Part shown: positions 34,916-36,927 of the stretch, piece after piece
How positions within the stretch are numbered: the stretch's first letter is position 1
Layout of the letters: the number at the start of each line of letters is the position of its first letter
From: Saprolegnia diclina VS20
Lineage: Eukaryota
NCBI RefSeq assembly: GCF_000281045.1
Contig: NW_008246119.1
Span: forward strand, 35,326 to 72,252
Reading direction: 5' to 3'
Length of the DNA: 36,927 bases
Made by a program: the position numbers and the translations under genes
The notes under the pieces: generated by a model
The model's database searches: none
The model's input: the letters and a program-made list of their open reading frames with translations, nothing else
Told to the model about the DNA's origin: nothing

Positions 34916-35006
34916 TATACCCGGATATTATGTTATGATATCCGGATTGATTCAACGGCCTCCTCTCGATGTCACATTTCAAAAGCTCTCGCGAAGCATA
35001 CGTCGG

Positions 35007-36509
35007 ATGGACAACTATTGGGACAACATTGCCGAGCAACACTCGCTGATCTTAGCGTACGCTGGCCCACTCACGCAGTGGCTCCACGGTGTTCTCATGC
35101 GGGGCGATATGAGTGTTTCCGATTGGCGCGACGTCGCTACGACCATTTTCACCGACGCCTTCCGCTCCGACTGGCTCGGCGACCTTGCGACGCTACCATG
35201 CGAGCGTGTACGTCTCGACCGTACCGAATTCCGCTTGATACGCTCGCGACGCATGTTCCAGCAGGCTTTGGACTTGTTCTGCTACGGCAAAATGCACGAG
35301 GGTATCCCGCTCTCGTCCGAGAAAAAGTTCTACCCGGACCAAGAGACAGAGCCAAGGGCGTTCAGCATCACACCCATCATGGCCGTACCCATGGAGAACT
35401 TGTGGCTGGACGTGCTCGCCCCGCTGCTTGTAGCCCCAAAAACGCTCGCGACGGCGGCCGCGCTCGGTGGCCACGCTCGCCTGCTCCAGTACCTCGTGCA
35501 CGAAAAGGGCGTCGACATTGCCCACATGCCCAACTTTACTCAAACAGGAAGTCACTACATCATGGACGCCGTAGCCTCGAACGGACACGTACACGTCCTT
35601 CGCTTCCTTCACGACATGAAGTGCAACGGGATCTCGCCCGCGGCGCTCGACGGTGCCTTCCAGAACAGCCACGTCGACACGATCATGTTTCTCGTCCAGC
35701 ACTATCCGCACTTGGATCTTCCGGCCAAAGCAACGTACTATGCGGCACGCGACGGTCATTTGAGCGTGCTCCAATATTTGATCCAGGAGCGCAACGCGCC
35801 GTGTCCACCGTCCGTCATGGACATGGCTGCCTACAAGGGCCATGGCGCTATCGTCGCATTTCTGCACAAAAGCGGAAAAGGCTGCACGACACGCGCCATG
35901 GACGCGGCAGCGTGTACGGGGCATCTCGACATTGTCCAATTCCTCCATTGCAACCGGTTTGAAGGCTGTACAACGTTGGCCTTTGACGCGGCTGCCAACA
36001 ACGATCGAATACTCCTCGACTTTCTCATCGAGCACCGACGCGAGGGCGGGTCGACCATGGCGATGCACAGTGCGGCGTACAAAGGCCACGAAGCCATGAC
36101 CCGCTTCTTGCACGCGCATCGGGGCAATCTCATTCTCGTCTAGTTTCTTCTTTCGGAGCGATCCGAAGGCTTTACGTACAGCGGCATGATCTTTGCGGCC
36201 GACTGCAACCGAACGGACGTCCTCAGCTACCTCTTGTCGTACGACACGACCAAGGCCAAGGCGGTTCAGGCAATGAAAAAAGCGCTCTTGAACGACGACA
36301 GCTACTTTCGCACTGCCGTGCTGCCCAACTTCAAACGAGCAGGCTTTCCGCGTACGCACCACATTAACGTAGACGACATCAAGAACGACGATGCTGTCGC
36401 GGCCGCCATCGCGCTCTACGACAACGACGAGGCTGCCGACGACTCGGGCTACGAGTCGGACGAGTTATGCATGTTTCATCGCATTTGGAGTCCCATCCCA
36501 AGAGGATGA
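35007..36509 (+). pseudogene. Ankyrin-repeat gene (oomycete type) interrupted by an in-frame TAG at 36141-36143; pseudogene, truncated allele or base error
   Basis: Repeats such as GCTTRAMDAAACTGHLDIVQFLHCNRFEG. The reading frame continues past the stop (GNLILV*FLLSERSEGFTYSGMIFAADCNRTDVLSYLL) to TGA at 36509. Confidence 0.65.
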
Positions 36510-36927
36510 GGGACACTCCGTGTCCGGTTTCTTCGTTTCTTAATCGGGACTTATGCCACCCGATAAACGATATAACTCGATGGGACGATACTTGCACATG
36601 CGATTTCCTTCGTTTGCTCTCGTTGCATCAGCAATGCACCACCAACTTGTACTCGGATGCACCTTACATTACGACGTTCGCAGTAAAGGTTCCTGAGGTG
36701 CACACACCAACCACATTCGATGCAAGTGCAACGCAATAAGCTATGACGAATGGTGCTATCCGTACTACCAAAACCCCTTGTTATACATCGTCTTACTGAG
36801 CAAGGGTTGGCGACCCATGGCGGACTGCGGGCTGGACCTTGATGGCGCGCGGATGCAAAATGTGCAGCGTCCGACCCGACGAGTTGGCAGCCACGGGCGC
36901 CTTGAGCGCTGCAATCCGTGGTGCGAT

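Noticed and set aside
36141..36143. Alternative genetic code (TAG=Gln)
   Set aside because: TAG terminates other genes here normally (GST, Tudor/EF-hand gene), and no other in-frame TAG is needed in the long conserved exons.
35193..36362. 389-aa antisense ORF, and similar plus-strand ORFs over the channel genes (e.g. 22154-23065, 17411-18274)
   Set aside because: They overlap well-supported genes on the opposite strand and have no domain signal.

Overview
Eukaryotic, gene-dense DNA with short (~40-60 nt) GT-AG introns, GC-rich third codon positions and TCATT/CCAAT-type promoters. It is most consistent with an oomycete, probably Saprolegniales (inference). The first 23 kb is an island of five co-oriented minus-strand ion-channel genes. 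Three are tandem Kv-like 6TM K+ channels (TVGY/FGD filter) that lack a T1 domain and carry a 4-Cys turret, a C-terminal EF-hand-like loop and a coiled coil. Two are tandem giant four-repeat (6TM + cyclic-nucleotide-binding domain) channels with four different non-GYG pore loops, alternately intact and degenerate cNMP pockets, and a C-terminal B-box zinc finger. The rest holds eIF5B, ALY/REF (with one anomalously long, structured, stop-containing intron), a GST with a Cys-rich tail, mitochondrial release factor 1 (PVN instead of PxT), a sucrase/ferredoxin-like Fe-S protein, a Tudor/coiled-coil/EF-hand protein and an ankyrin gene with an in-frame TAG. A CCGGATA element recurs, mostly as inverted pairs, in four intergenic regions. 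Gene models were assembled by eye, so exon boundaries and some start codons are approximate.
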